Positions 1 to 14,732 of a DNA stretch of 64,000 nt are shown in pieces. The notes below the pieces were generated by a model that was given only the letters and a program-made list of their open reading frames with translations, did not search any database and was not told where the DNA came from. Positions within the stretch are counted from its first letter, which is position 1; each line of letters opens with the position of its first letter. The position numbers were made by a program, and so were the translations under genes. Source of the DNA: the human T2T-CHM13v2.0 reference genome, Homo sapiens; NCBI RefSeq assembly GCF_009914755.1, contig NC_060927.1; one strand, 5' to 3'.

Positions 1-412
1 TTTTGACCCAAGGGCAGGATTTAAGGTAACAGTAGATAAAGTACAAATCTTAGAGTAATTCCCAGAACTCGGGTTAATCAGAAGTCAACAGGTAATCTTC
101 CATGGAATTAGGGTAAAAAGAAAAAAAAAAGTCAGCATGGCAGATTAGCATCCAAGATAGAGTTGCTTTAGCCTCAACACTGTGCAACACTTTAAGGTTC
201 CCCACCTGAGAGGGTGAAGGACACAGGAAAGTAAGATCAGGGACTGTAACCACTACAGATCCTGGAGAGGCAAACAAGAAAGGTCTGCTGTTTAGTTTAC
301 AACACAATATCTCTAGTGATAAGGAATGGCAGAGCGCAGGCAGGACTCTGGTCTGTGATTAAATAGAAAACTTTATTATAAAGAACCCAGGAAATAGAAA
401 AGGTAGAAAGAC

Positions 413-553
413 TCTCTCTTTCTTCCTTCCTTCCTTCCTTTCTTTCTTTCTCTCTCTCCCCCTCCCGCGCTTCCCTCTTTTTCCTTCCTTCCTTCCTCCC
501 TTCTTTGCTTCCTTCCTTCTTTTCTTTCCTTTCTTTCTTTCTTCTTTCTTTCC
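413..553. repeat. Pyrimidine-rich simple repeat (TTCC/TTTC/TC)n
   Basis: Visible directly; explains the K/E/R-rich minus-strand ORFs 359-727 and 376-561. Confidence 0.95.
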
Positions 554-650
554 ATCACCATTACTAAAAGAAAGTCTGGTAATATAATAATAACAATAAC
601 AGTTGCACTTTATTGAGTGCTTTCTATAGATGTTGAGGTCTGCATTTGTC

Positions 651-952
651 TTTTTTTTTTTTTTTTTTTTTTTTTGGCGACAAGGTCTCACTCTGCCACC
701 CAGGCTGGAGTGCAATGGTGCGATCATGGATCACCCAGCCTCGAATTCTCAGGTGATTCTCCCACCTCAGCCTCCTGAGTAGCTGGGACTACAGATGGTG
801 CACCACCATGCCCGGCTAATATTTTTGTATTTTTAGTAGAGACGGGTTTTGCCATGTTGGCCAGGCTGCTCTGGAACTTCTAATCTCAAGCAATCCTGCT
901 ACCTCGGCTCCCAAGGTGTTGGGATTACAGGCGTGAGCCATTGAGCCTGGAC
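651..952 (-). mobile_element. Alu (AluJ-like)
   Basis: Poly-T followed by reverse-complement Alu (caggctggagtgcaatgg...gggattacaggcgtgagcc). Confidence 0.95.
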
Positions 953-1749
953 TGAATTTATCTAATTTAAGACTTGCACCTTCAGGGTGGTCTCGTCTAT
1001 CTTCAGGCTGCTATGGCCTTATGAAAGCTATTGAAAACCACTCTAACTCATCAGGAATGGGAAACTTTGCTGGGTTTAGTCACTTGAAAAAGTCACATTC
1101 AATGACTACTTTTTGAGCCCCTTCCATATATAAGTCTTGGAGTATGATTCATACAAATATGAATAAAATGACTCCCTTTGCCTTCTAGGAGCTTGGCTAT
1201 CCTAAGAGATAGAGATGCTAGCAGATAAAACAAGGCAGTGAAGGGAGGCCAGTGAGGATTACTTTTTGTCTAGTAATTTGGAATTATTCATTATACAGAA
1301 ATATCCCCTAGTAACATTCATACTTAGAAAAGAGGTAGAAGGTAGCATTAAAGACAATGAACTCAAGAACAAGTGCTCAAATTCTGCCTCTACCAACTTA
1401 TTACCTGAGTGACAACTGACTTCTCTGTGATTCCTTTTTTACTTATAAAATGGGAGTAGTAACAAACAGTAACTCTCACCGCATCAACTAATATTGTCCT
1501 ATATTTGGAAGAATACCGGATACGTATACAATAGTAATTATTGCTCTCAATAAATTTAGCTATTTTTTTCTTAGACATAAATATTGGCAATCTAATTATG
1601 GCCATTCTAAATGTGCTGTGTTGGTGCACATTCTCCTTAGACCTGAAGGGAGAAAGGTTGTCTCTAAGATGTCTGTGTAGTCAAGTGTATTTCTGGCATT
1701 GCTCGAGGCAAGGAAATGTTTGCAACACAGTGCTTTGGGTCAAAGCCAT

Positions 1750-2190
1750 CATTTATTCTTGAGCACCATTTACATGTCCGGTATCCTTGTAGGCACACTA
1801 GGGATATAGCACTGGAGAGAACAGGCAAAACTCTCTGCCTGCCTGCCTTACATTCTAGTGAGGAGAGACAGACAATAAACATAATTTAAAAAGTACATTT
1901 TACAATATAGTAGAATGTGGTGACTTTGTCAAAAAGTAAATTTAAGTAGTATGGAAAACACATTTTAAACTTTTAAGTAGAGTGGTCAGAGCAGGCCTGA
2001 GCAACACGGTGACATTGAACAGGGTCTTGAAGGAAGTGAGGGAGTGAACCATGCAGATACTTGGGAGGAGGGAATTATAGGCAGAGAGGGCAATTAGAAC
2101 AAAGGCCCTGAGATAGAACGGATTTACCTAGGAATCTAGTCTACGAGGCCACTGTGGCAGGGGCTAAGTGAGTGATAAAGGGGAAGTAGG
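1750..2190 (-). mobile_element. L2 LINE 3' remnant
   Basis: Degenerate match to recalled L2 3' consensus (atttattcttgagcacc...cttacattctagtg...gacagacaataaac...gaaggaagtgagggagtga...aaaggccctgag). Confidence 0.7.
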
Positions 2191-2191
2191 A

Positions 2192-2472
2192 GGCTGGGCA
2201 CAGTGGCTCACACCTGTCATCCCAACACTTAGGGTGGCGGAGGCAGACAGATCGCTTGAGCCCAGGAGTTCAAGAACAGTCTGGGCAATGTGGTGAAACC
2301 CCATCTCTGCAAAAAATTCAATATTAGCTGGGCATGGTGGTCTGCACCTGTGGTCCCAGCTATTCAGGAGGCTGAAGTGGGAGGATCACTTGAGCCCAGG
2401 AGGTTAAGGCTGCAGTGAGCTATGACTGTGCCATTGCACTCCAACCTGGGTGACAAAGTGAGGCCCTGTCTC

Positions 2473-2509
<37 letters not shown>

Positions 2510-2510
2510 A
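2192..2510 (+). mobile_element. Alu (AluJ-like)
   Basis: ggctgggcacagtggctcac... dimer with A/GAAAA tail. Confidence 0.95.
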
Positions 2511-2714
2511 ATTCCAAGGTAATGGAAATAAAATGATTGTATGTTTATGGGGATGATCCAAAAAAGAGGAGGAAAGAGATGACGTGGGTGAGAAAAGAAC
2601 ATTGCTGGAGCACTTAACTGTTTAACTGTTGGATTGATCAGTGTATGTATGCTTCTGCAGGGCAAAAACTCAGGACAGGGAAAAGAATTCCTCTAAAAAA
2701 CCCGGCATTCCTAA

Positions 2715-3516
2715 CAAACATATGAAAAAAAGCTCATCATCACTAGTCATTACAGAAATGCAAATCAAAACCACAACGAGATACCATCTCACGCCAGTTA
2801 GAATGGCAATCATTAAAAAGTCAGGAAATAACAGATGCTGCAGAGAATGTGGAGAAATGGGAACGCTTTTACACTGTTGGTGGGAGTATAAGTTAGTTCA
2901 ACCATTGTGGAAGACAGTGTGGCGATTCCTCAGGGATCTAGAACTAGAAATACCATTTGACCCAGCAATCCCATTACTGGGTATATACCCAAAGAATTAT
3001 AAATCATTCTACTATAAAGACACATACAAACGTATGTTTATTGCAGCACTGTTCACAATAACAAAGACTTGGAACCAACCCAAGTGCCCATCAATGATAG
3101 ACTGGATGAAGAAAATGTGGCACATATACACCATGGAATACCATGCAGCCATAAAAAAGAATGAATTCATGTCCTTTGCAGGGACGTGGATGATGCTGGA
3201 AACCATCATTCTCAGCAAACTAACACAGGAACAGAAAACCAAACACTGCATGTTCTCATCATAAGTGGGAGTTGAACAATGAGAACATATGGACCCAGGG
3301 AGGGGAACATCACACCCTGAGGCCTGTTGGGGGGTGGGGGACAAGGGGAGGGAGAGCATTAGGACAAATAACTAATGCATGCGGAGCTTAAAACCTAGAT
3401 GAAGGGTTGATGGGTGCTGCAAACCACCATGGCACATGTATACCTGTGTAACAAACCTGCACGTTCTGCACATGTATCCCAGAACTTAAAGTATAATTAA
3501 AAAAGAAATTTAAAAA
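2715..3516 (+). mobile_element. 5'-truncated L1PA (older primate, ~L1PA6-8-like) 3' end
   Basis: ORF 2641-3264 contains the L1 ORF2 C-terminus ([20 protein letters not shown]...[19 protein letters not shown]...), followed by L1 3'UTR G-tract and A-rich tail. Confidence 0.95.
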
Positions 3517-4519
3517 AGACATTCCGTAGGTGAGGCTCTCCCTAAAAGTCAAACTTTTACTTGCACATATGAAAAGTGTAATCATTAAATAAGCTATTTC
3601 TTCAGTGACGGTATACTGAGTTCTGCTCATGGTGCCAAGTACTTTGCATATATTATTCAGAAGCTTATTAGCTGCCCTGCAGCACCAGTATCATTTATTG
3701 CTGCACTCCAGGTGAAGAAATTGTTGCTGGGAGCTACAACAACTTGCCCAAAGCCACAATGATCATAAGTAGTTTGCGCTTCGTTGTGCTCTTCTTTGCT
3801 GGTGTGAGATTCTCGAGGGCCAATGTCCTTCATCTGCGTAACTCTAGGGACTCGCCCAGACCTTGGAAGAGGTTCACATTCCCGCGTGCCGAGATTGATT
3901 ATGGGCCACCCTCGGTCTCATTCGTTGACTTCCAATAAAGCATTGGCTGGTGGACGTCTACATCAGGATTGTTTTCATTGGATATAGCAACTCAGAAAAA
4001 TATTGGGGAAAATATTAAAACTTTCAAGAGATATGATTGCAAGAAAATCAGAATGAGTTTAAAACCCTCCTGACCCCAGTCCTTAGCTCAGGCCGTTCTC
4101 CAAGGATTTTGCAAACCTGCTTTCTGACGCAGCTGGTAAACTTGCCCCGGGGCGAACTGTCGGAAGGAGGTGCTGTCACCTGGAGTTTCCCAATAGATAC
4201 TTCGCTGTCTGGTGAGGAAATCATTACCCTAGGACGTAAACCCTCCCGCCCTTCTTTCAGCTCTTAAAAAAAGCCTGCCACGAAAGTCCCTACTGCGTTG
4301 CTGTGAACGTAGCTTTGAGAAGCTGGCGCCCAGTGATGGGGCAAACAGCCATGCCCTTCCAGCAGCCGTGAAAGCCCCAACAGCAAACTGCCTGGGAGCG
4401 GGGCAGGTCACCAACTTCGTTGCTCGAACTCCCTGGGTGCCCGCCGCGGTGGTTACAAAGGGGGTCAAGAGTGCCGGACCCAGCCGCGCGGAGCCCACCA
4501 TTGCGGCCCGAGGGGGACC

Positions 4520-4603
4520 CGACGGGGGCCCGACGGTGTGGCGTGGCGCAAGGAGCGCGCCTGCCTTCTCTCGCCGCCGGGAACGGGCTGCACCAATGGC
4601 CAG
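4520..4603 (+). other. PHLDB2: Candidate non-coding first exon A (5' end approximate)
   Basis: Donor CAG|GTGAGG at 4603/4604 inside the CpG island; TSS cannot be read from sequence. Confidence 0.7.
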
Positions 4604-4789
4604 GTGAGGAGGCGGCGGTGGTCGCCCGGGAGGAGGGGGTGGTGCCGACTCCGTGTGCCAGGAGTGCGTCCCGGGGACGCTGCCTCCCCCGCGGCCGAGT
4701 TGGTTGCCGCCGGTTGCGCTGCGGAGGGTTGGGGGCGGAGAGGAGGCAGTGGCTGCCCGGGCCGAGGAGGGGCGCGCTGACTGCTCACC

Positions 4790-4905
4790 GCGAGTCAGGA
4801 GGGGCCGGCGGGCTCACGGAGGGAGACAGGGTGGGCGGGGGCAAAGGCTAGGCGCTAGGGCGGCGGCGCCAGCGTAGAGCGGCGGTTTGGAGGAAAGATG
4901 AGACG
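4790..4905 (+). other. PHLDB2: Candidate alternative non-coding first exon B (5' end approximate)
   Basis: Near-consensus donor ACG|GTGAGT at 4905/4906 inside the CpG island. Confidence 0.65.
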
Positions 4906-6842
4906 GTGAGTGGGCTCCGGGGACACAGAGTTTCTTTGCTTCTTTACAGGCTGTAGGGACAAAAGCCCGGGCTGGGGTCGGCAGTGCCCAGGCTGCGCAG
5001 CTGGGTGGGTGGGGGTGGCGAACCCCGTTGTGCATGACTCTCGGGGGGCTGGGTAGATCTCCGGTTGAGGGGATCCCGGGGAGGGAGTGTCTGGTAGGGA
5101 AGATGCTTCCAGAGTGATTGTAGAAAACAGGCAGAATGTGGGGGAACTGGGGGCAACTTTTTCCAGCAACTCTGGAATGCACATGGAGAGAGGGATGGGG
5201 ATCCTTGGGATAGCTCCCTGAGAAAGAGAAGGTCCGCTGCTGGATGGTGTAGGGCGCGGGATTCAGAGAAGACTCCCTCCCCGCAAATATTTGGCTAGCT
5301 GCGCTTCTAGTTCCACTTTCTTTCAAGAGTGAACCTACGAGCTTTAACCGCCAAAAGCGGCTGATTTCGATTTGGCCTTTGACCCCCCACTGAAAGTTTA
5401 CAGTGTGGCCGTCTCGGCACCCCTAGAGATAGCAGCTGGAAGGCTTGGGGAGTATTTTAACCCTCTGTTTCTCCAGCTCCCTGCGCGGCGGAGGCGCAGC
5501 TGAATCGTTTGCTGGTTCGCTTAATAACTTAGCCCTAGCAGTCATCACTTATTAAAGCGCCGAGGACCTGGCTAACTCCCGCCACCACCAGGAAATTAAA
5601 AGGCTGACAGGCTGTCCCTCCCAGGGTTGGGGTTTCCTGTTTGAAAGAGCTTGAGAAGTCAAACTGCTTCGCGGTTCCTCACTTACCTTTCTTATGTAAA
5701 AGAGGGAGCGACGCCCGCAGCTTTTTCTCTCGGTAAACTACCCGTGGCTGGAAATCCTCCGGGCGCCTGGCCCTGCCCTCTTCCCTAGAAATCTTTATCC
5801 TGCAACTCTGAAGTAGCTCTAAAGAGCTCTAGAATGCACAACTAGTCATAGCCAGGCACAGCTGGGAGTGTAACTAGACGAGGCATAAAAATGTGGAGTC
5901 TTTTTAGTGTAAATATTTGTCAGCCACATTTCCCTTCGTAATATGAACGTGTAAGTTACAGATGTAGGTTTTCAAGTATTGGACGTGTAATTTTAAGCTT
6001 CCTAGTTTGGTTTAATTTGGGCGTTCGAGATATGTCTCTGGGATTCTAACGTTTGAATTCGGCTGGGAGAGATCTAAATGAGGTCCACAGTTTCAGAAGG
6101 TTAAACTTTTGCCCTGTGAACACTTGAATTCTTGGTTCCTGGTAGGTTAGCAACAGAACTGTCGGATTTGGGATAAATAAACCGTTAGAGTTGCCCACTA
6201 TTTTAACAGAATGGCTATATCTCTCTTGCCGTTGCCTTCAATTGTGTAAATATTTGTTTGAATAAAGAGCGAAGGTTCTTTGAAAAGTAACAGTTCTGTC
6301 TATTCTTGGCTCCCCTTTCATATCCTCTGCTTAGTTATTTAAAAGGATTTTCTTTGCCTCTTACATTTAATGGGGAAATTTAAACATTACATGTACTTAA
6401 ATTCTGTAAAGTTACCAAACCATTTATAACTGGCAAATTATTTAATGACAAGGAAGAGTTGAGTTTGTCGTCTTAGTTGGCTAATGTAGCCTTCATCTCT
6501 TGAGACCCAGAGGTTTGCAGATCTCAGCCTGTCAGAAGTGGAAAAATGAGATGTCTGGTTAAGAGTAGTCATCATTTCAGTCAATTTGCAGGCCTCAATC
6601 TGTTTTATGCAGCTGGCAGCTGCTGTTCTTTTGGTGTTGAGATCGTCTGCCACGAGTGTCGCCTGGATCCCTGTTTGAAAAGGGGAGGAAAAGATACTTG
6701 GGAAATTGGACTGAGAGCTTGCTTACTCCTCCGTTCAATAACTGTGACCAAGCTGAAACTCGTTAGCAACCTTTCCAGAAACGTTTTATTTACCATGTGT
6801 GTTTGTTGTGTATGCAAGAGAGGAAAAAATAAGCCAAAGTGA

Positions 6843-7184
<342 letters not shown>

Positions 7185-7431
7185 TAAAGGAGTAGTTAAC
7201 GTTATGGCTTTATATCCTGATTTTCAACCCTTAGCAGGGAGGCAGTGCTATGGTGCTGTGGATGGCTTAGAGTGACAGTGGCTTTGTACATTTTCTAGGT
7301 GGAGTACCTGTGCCTTATGAATCTATCTGTAAAGTCTTGGTGTACCAATTGTTGATTGTGTAAATGTCACTCTTTTGAAACAAAAACACCTAAGTGATGT
7401 GCTTTATCTTAAAGTCCTGACATACATTAGA

Positions 7432-7615
7432 GCTGTGGTTTTCACTGGGAGAGGGGTTTTGGCCCCCAGAGGATACTGGCAACGTATTTTTGGTTGTAGC
7501 AACTGACAGGAGGAGAGTGCTACTGCCATATAGTGGGTAGAGGCCTGGGATGCGGTTAAGCACCCTGCCATGCACGGGACACAAAAACAATTATGCAGCC
7601 CCAAACCCTGCACTA
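7432..7615. mobile_element. MER20 (hAT-Charlie) DNA transposon
   Basis: gtggttttcac...ttttggcccccag...tttttggttgt...gtgctactg..atagtgggtagaggcc.gggatgc..taa.ca.cctg resembles recalled MER20. Confidence 0.8.
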
Positions 7616-10600
7616 CAGTATTGCCTGGGGGAGTAGGTTAACAAGATTAGGCATCTTAATCTGATTTGGATCCTCAAGAAACTTGTTTAACTGTGTTAAA
7701 CAAGAGACCCTTATCATAGAAGCCGTTTTGTATGCAGCAGATTCTTTTGTCCTTGCCATTTAGAGTCTTAATATACCATAGAGGTCGAGGAACTTGTGTT
7801 CATTGACAACTTTGAGATGGATTAAAGTCATGGGATTTGGGAGCATTAGAGCACAAGGGAGCCTCAGAGATCACTTAATTTCTACCCCTTCTTTTTATAG
7901 ATGTAAAAAACTGAGACACTCAGAGCTTTAGGACTCATAAGGTCTCAAGCGAGCTAAGGGCGGGCAGACAAAGTTCTAGGTACAACCCAGGAGTTAAAAA
8001 TTTTAAAATAGAGATTCAGGCAAATGGGAACAAAAAACAAAACACACTGGACCTGACCTTGTGTAAAAGTTTCAAAGCACCATTCCCTGTGAGAAAATAA
8101 ATAAATGCTTCGATGGGGGAGGGGTGGCATTAGCCATAGAGACTGTGGGGCACGTGCCTGGGTGCCCCAGTCCCAGAAAGGGGTAATTCCATTATATGAC
8201 CTGTGACACTCCACTTCTGATGCCTGTACCGTCCTTTCCATGGCAAAGTAGGCAACAGATGGTTCCACAGACATAGCAGATGTTGCTTTTGAATCCAGGT
8301 ACAAAACAGAACATTTGAGATTTTCTGTTCCTCCCTGCCTTATCGGTTAAGAGTAGAGTACATGAATGGATAGGGCTGGCTTGGACAGAAGGGAGAATTA
8401 CAGAGGCCTCCTGAGTATGGAAGAAAAAAAGACACCTGGCATATATGGAAATGAGCAAGTGTTGGGGAAATTGTGGGAGAAATTCATAAGCTGATGAGGG
8501 GATATCTAATATAAATTCAATTGCATAGAACTAGGATTAAGAATCAGAAGACAATTCAAGCTTAGCTATTCTTTCAGCATGTAGAACAAAATAACTATGG
8601 GGGTAAAAGGAACCTTAGAAATCCTCTTATCTGAATCTTTTCCCTCCAACCAACTAACTGGGTTAGATAGCGGCAGAATCTGCAAGCCTCCTGTTCTATT
8701 GTACTTTCTCCTGCACCCACAGTCTCTACCATTCCATGTGTTTACCTAATGGGAAAGAAAATGATAGTAAAGAAAGTTATTGTTAATTACTTGGGAGAGT
8801 TTAAAAAGCATGGTATTTGTGAATGGCTGTTTATAGAAAGGAGTTACCTTAATGAGTTTATGATTATCAGAAAAGTTGTACACCATAGCCTGATTAATTA
8901 CAAACATGTATACTCTCCTGTTTACATTGCTATGGTTAGCCATTAGGCTCATGATTATAGATTCTAGTTCTGGGTGCCAAGCTGTCCTCCTGTGGTAGTT
9001 ATTTTATCTAATACTCAAATCTGACAGGTTCTGGCCATATAGGAAAGTTTTTAGTATGCCTTTGGTGGGAGACATAAAACCTCTGAAAAGTGTTAAGATA
9101 GTTTCTTATCATTTTGACAACTAGCCAAAGGGTGCACCTCAAAGCCAAGTACATAGTGATATATTTAGAAATGACTCAAGAGTGATAGCCCTTTTAAGGG
9201 ATCTGCCCCCCCGCAGGTACTATGCAAAAGGGGTGTAGCAGTCTTTTCATTATCATCTTTCATCTGGCCATTCTTGTTACTGTTTTTCAGATGATGGGAG
9301 AGGAGACAGGAGTAGTTTTTAAAAAAATAACTGTTGGCTAGAAATATTTATTGGGATTTGATTAAAGTAACTTGTCTTTTAAAAATAAATGAAACCAAAA
9401 TTGTTAGCTCAGATTTTCAAATCCCTTCAAAGTAAACATTTAGCAAGGCAGAACTTCTCTCTATGTTCATCCAGGAATTTGAACCTTCTGGGAGTTAATT
9501 TGCTTACAGTTGTTTTCATGACGCTTAAGGATGTTTCTTAGACATTGCAGAAAAGGAGCTTTGTGCTGTATCTGCTTTAAAGGCAAGATAGTTGTCTATA
9601 GCAGCTAGTGGTCAATAAGAGAAACCCAAGTGTAAAAATCATTTTACTGTTGTGTGGGAAACTAGAGGTTGTAGGTAATTGCTATACAAAGAAACAGATT
9701 AATAAGATATAGAGTAACAGGGTTAGTCAAAAAGTTTTTGAGAGGATTTTTACAGGAGATACTTGTTTAGTGTGTTAGGTTGATTTTATTAGATGAAGTG
9801 CTTTTCCTTACTTTACAAAGTAAAAGGAAAGAAAATATTGTGTATGCCACTGTTTATCGATGGCCTTAAGCCAGGTCAGCTTTTTCTGAGACTTGCTGCT
9901 AATTCAGTGGGAATTGGTGTTGATCATCTTAGAATGTTTTGTTTGCACATTGCATGTGACTGCCCTAGATGGCAGTATGTTCATGGAACTAGCCTATGAA
10001 ATAGCAAAAAAGTTAAAGATTACAAGAGTTTTCCAAGATTTCTTTCTTGACCACCCTACTGCTAAAACAAGGAAAGATAAAGGCAAAAGAAACCCAGCTC
10101 CTACATTCTTTTGACCAGTGCAGACCCAGTGTGAATAGTGCCGCACAGCCAAGAGATATTCAGAGGGGATTGAGAAGTGATGTCTGGCTGCCTCACTGCT
10201 TACGTCATTGCAGAAGTAGCTTTTCAAAAACAGCTTAAGATTTATTAAGGAAACTGCAAGCCATGGGAATGCAGACAAAACCTTTCTTATACATCATGCT
10301 CAATCAAATACCCATATTATATTACATTACCATAACTCTGACCAGGCCTTTTTCCCACTATGTTATGCTAAAACAATTTACCATGCCTTTGGAATGTCAT
10401 GGGCAACAGTCCGGTGAAATCTTTTCCCAATTAGGTAGCTGCCACCTTATCACTAAAACTATTTCTGTTCTGTGGTCATTTCCATTTCCTGCATTATGTA
10501 ATGAGCACTCCTGTGTTATTTAACCAGTATCTGTGGGAGTCCAGAAAGTTGGAGCAGAAAGAACATGTAGTTCACCCTCACCATGTTGAGTATGGAGAAA

Positions 10601-11039
10601 CTCCTGTTGAAACAAAATGAAGACAGGCGAATTGACGTGCTCCAGATCTTAGTTCTGTTAGCAGAACCAGAACTAAGATGGATCTTCTGACTTGCTTCCC
10701 TGGCAGCCTATCCAGTGTTCTTTCTACTAGATTGGCCACTGTAATAAAAATAACATCCTAACGTAACCATTTCCTTTATTAGATCTTTTGGCCAGAGTTA
10801 TTAAAAAAAAAGCATTGATTAAAATTAAATTAAACTTAGTCAATTGTTTATCTTGACTTGTTCAAGTTATTTCCCTTCTTTCAAGCAGTAAGTGGTCAAA
10901 AGGTAGATAGCATGGAAGGGAAAAATTAAGTGTTTTATAATACTCATTCTGCACAATCAGCTGCTAAGTAATGAAGATATGATATTATCATAATTATTAT
11001 TTTTACTTTACAATATTTTAGAAACCTACCCCACCCACT

Positions 11040-11041
<2 letters not shown>

Positions 11042-11078
<37 letters not shown>

Positions 11079-11356
11079 GAGACAGAGTTGCTCTGTCACC
11101 CAGGCTGGAGTACAGTGGTGCGATCCAGCTCACTGCAACCTCGGCCTCCCAGGTTCAAGTGATTATCCTGCCTCAGCCTCCCGAGTAGCTGGGATTACAG
11201 GCATGCACCACCACACCCAGCTAATTTCTGTACTTTAATAGTGATGGGGTTTCGCCATATTGGCCAGGGTGGTCTCAGACTCCTGACCTTTGGTGATCTG
11301 CCCACCTCAGCATCACAGAGTGCTGGAATTACAGGCATGAGCCACCGAGCCCGGCC
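11042..11356 (-). mobile_element. Alu (AluS-like) with long poly-T
   Basis: Long T run then reverse Alu dimer. Confidence 0.95.
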
Positions 11357-11967
11357 TCATGCACTCAATTTGTGATGTAAAGCGAAATGCATTACAAACA
11401 TGGAAGATGTGGTTGACCTGTGTTTGTTCCACCTCTTGTGAGCCTGTTTGTACCCTGACTATTCCCAGTTCATAAATCTTGGGTTAGGGAATGGGAATTC
11501 CAGCAAGTATTTAGGTCTGGGGAATGTTACTTTGGAAAAATTAAATATTACTCTTAAGGGAGTGTCTTTTGATCAGTAGTGTGGGATGGGGCAGGATGGC
11601 GGCAAGATCGGAGAGTTTCCCTCCCATACACTCTCCTCAGCTTCCAGTTAAAGTCCACGGAGGTGGTTTCAGGGTCAAGAGAGAGCATCTTTATCTACAT
11701 ATGATCCCCAGGTTGATAATTCTCTTGCTTGAAATTAGCTTTGAGATCAAAAGATCAGAGGGTGCTTTTCCCTGTAGCACTCCTGTGATTAAAGAAGAGT
11801 ATCTGAAGTTAGTTATCCCATGATTCTGCACTTCACTGGGTGATTACGTAGTAAAGGAAGACCCTTCTAGCTTTACGGGGGACTTGATCAGGATTCTTGG
11901 TTAGGATTCTGTGAAGAACTTGACCTAAAGAGCTCCTCCACTCTCTTCCTTAACATAAGTTTCTAAG

Positions 11968-11969
<2 letters not shown>

Positions 11970-12023
<54 letters not shown>
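11970..12023. repeat. (TG)n microsatellite
   Basis: Uninterrupted TG run. Confidence 0.98.
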
Positions 12024-12025
<2 letters not shown>

Positions 12026-12754
12026 TTTAACCTTTTAATTGAGGCTGGAATTCTTGATATGGAGGGTTTGACAGTTTTATGAAGAAATCATTATTTGGGC
12101 ACGCAGTGGTGACACTTAGCTACCCCACATAACGTTATCTTGCAAATATCTTAAATGTGATGGCCTGCTTACTTGTTATCTTGAAAATGTATTTGCTTTC
12201 AGACTTCTCCCAGTTACTTAAAAATACATGTATCAGCTTTTAGGAACTTAATTCAGTATGATAAAGAGTTAGTATTTTATACTTAAAAAAAAAATCAGCT
12301 AGGAGCCAGTGATATGACCCCAACCTTCTTTGTAAAGTCAGCTACTATAATTTTTAAGGCAGTATACACATTTTATTGATGTTGACTTGCAGAATGCACG
12401 TAGCTTTTTTAAAAGATACTTTATCATGAAAAATATTAAACTACACAAAAATTTAAATGTATACTAAAATAATAATAAAATAATAAACAAAGATCAATGT
12501 ACTTATCACCCAGCTTCAACAATTATTTATATATGCTAATCTTGTTTCATTTGTAAACCTCACTTTACCCTAAAACATGGATTGTTATAAAGCAGATTCC
12601 AAACATCATCATATTTCATTCGTAAATAATTTACAATGTAACTCTAAGAGTATTTTTAAGATATATCATCATCACACTTTTAAAAAACCACAGCATTATC
12701 ATCTAGTTTCCAGTCTGAAATTCTCTGATTGTCTCATATGTCTTTTTTTAATTT

Positions 12755-13369
<615 letters not shown>

Positions 13370-14732
13370 TTCATACATTGTAAAAAATAGATGGATTGTT
13401 CAAAACAGGATCCAAAACCATGTCCACACATTGCATTTAATTGGTATGCGCCCTCAGTCTCTTTAATCGAGAATACTTCTCTCTTCCTCTTGTTTTTTTT
13501 TCCCCCTTGCCATTTGCTTATTCATGAGTCTTCCTCCCACCCCTGGGGACTTTCCCATATTTTAGAATTAGGTAATTGCATTTCTGTCTTTTTTTTAAAA
13601 AAAATATTATTCTCTTCCTTGTATTTTCTGTAATCACAGACAGCACACTTTTAATTTGTGTTGAGCTGAATTTATATATATATATATGTGTGTGTATATA
13701 TATTTCAATACTTATTGATATTGTCTCCTTTAAATATTGGTAAAGCTCCTTTAACACAAATGTGAGCCTAATTGAAGAAATCACACCTTGATGATTTATG
13801 TAAAAGTAAGGAATTTTGCAAGTGTGAGGAAACTAATGACACAAAAGTTTATTGAGGTTGCTTCTGCTTTCTGTCCTCCCCCAACCTGTCCTCTTCACTG
13901 GCTGAAGAGAGTTATCACAGGGAACATGCAGCTAAATTACTTGCAGAGTCTAAAGAATATTTTAAAGTTCCTACAGACTAGTCTTACTCAAGGGACTAGC
14001 ACAAAACTTTTTAAAAAATCCCTATGATTGATGGCTTACCCTCTTTACTAAGAGACCTATAAGATTTCTAACAATTCCTAACGTAAAACAATGTAGACTG
14101 ATTTAAAAGTAGCCTCTGCTCACAGGAGATGAAGATCCTCATTTGAAATATGGTTATTGCTGTTGATTGTGATTACTTTTAGGAACCTTCGAATACCATC
14201 TGGAATTTTTTTTTTCTTCTTCTTCTTTGACAGAGCTCAGACTTCAATACAGCTAGGGATAACAGAAGGGAATCGTAGCCTGGGGTTACACTCTTTTATT
14301 GTGACAGGAAGAAGCTGGAACTTCTTTCATATTGTGCTCCACTCCTTCCATCTGCACTTAATGTTCTCATTATCCCCCATCACTCTCCACTTCCTTCTGG
14401 GCCCCTTTTCCCTCCTGTAGCATCCTTTGAGTCTTTTGTTCTTTCCCTAATGGTCTTCCTTACTTCTTCTTTTAGGTATCTTTAGAATATGATAAAGTAA
14501 AAATTCAAAAAAAAGGAAAAGAAAGAAAAAGAAAAGCAAGAAAGCAACTGTGTAATCGGTGTCCTGAGATATCAAAGCCACATTCTGGTCCCCAGCGGCC
14601 CTCACCTTTCTCTCCAGCCCTGTCACCTGGTGAATTCCGAGGATGTGTCTTGTCTGAATTCTGAAGAGTCCCCATTAGCAGTCACAAAAAGCCTTTGTGT
14701 GTTTTAGACCACTGTAGGCATGTGGACAGCAT

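Larger units (their letters stand above)
4320..5780 (+). promoter_or_regulatory. PHLDB2: CpG island / main PHLDB2 promoter
   Basis: GC- and CpG-dense core ~4430-5050 with GC boxes (ggggcgg at ~4732, gggcgggg ~4833), upstream of the PHLDB2 start exon. Confidence 0.9.

Noticed and set aside
359-727. Lys/Glu/Arg-rich minus-strand ORFs
   Set aside because: Translation of a TTCC/TTTC simple repeat and an Alu tail
2641-3264. 207-aa ORF
   Set aside because: C-terminal remnant of L1 ORF2 in a truncated element, not a gene
4229-5326. Multiple overlapping 70-170 aa ORFs on both strands
   Set aside because: Expected from stop-codon scarcity in a GC-rich CpG island; no recognisable protein
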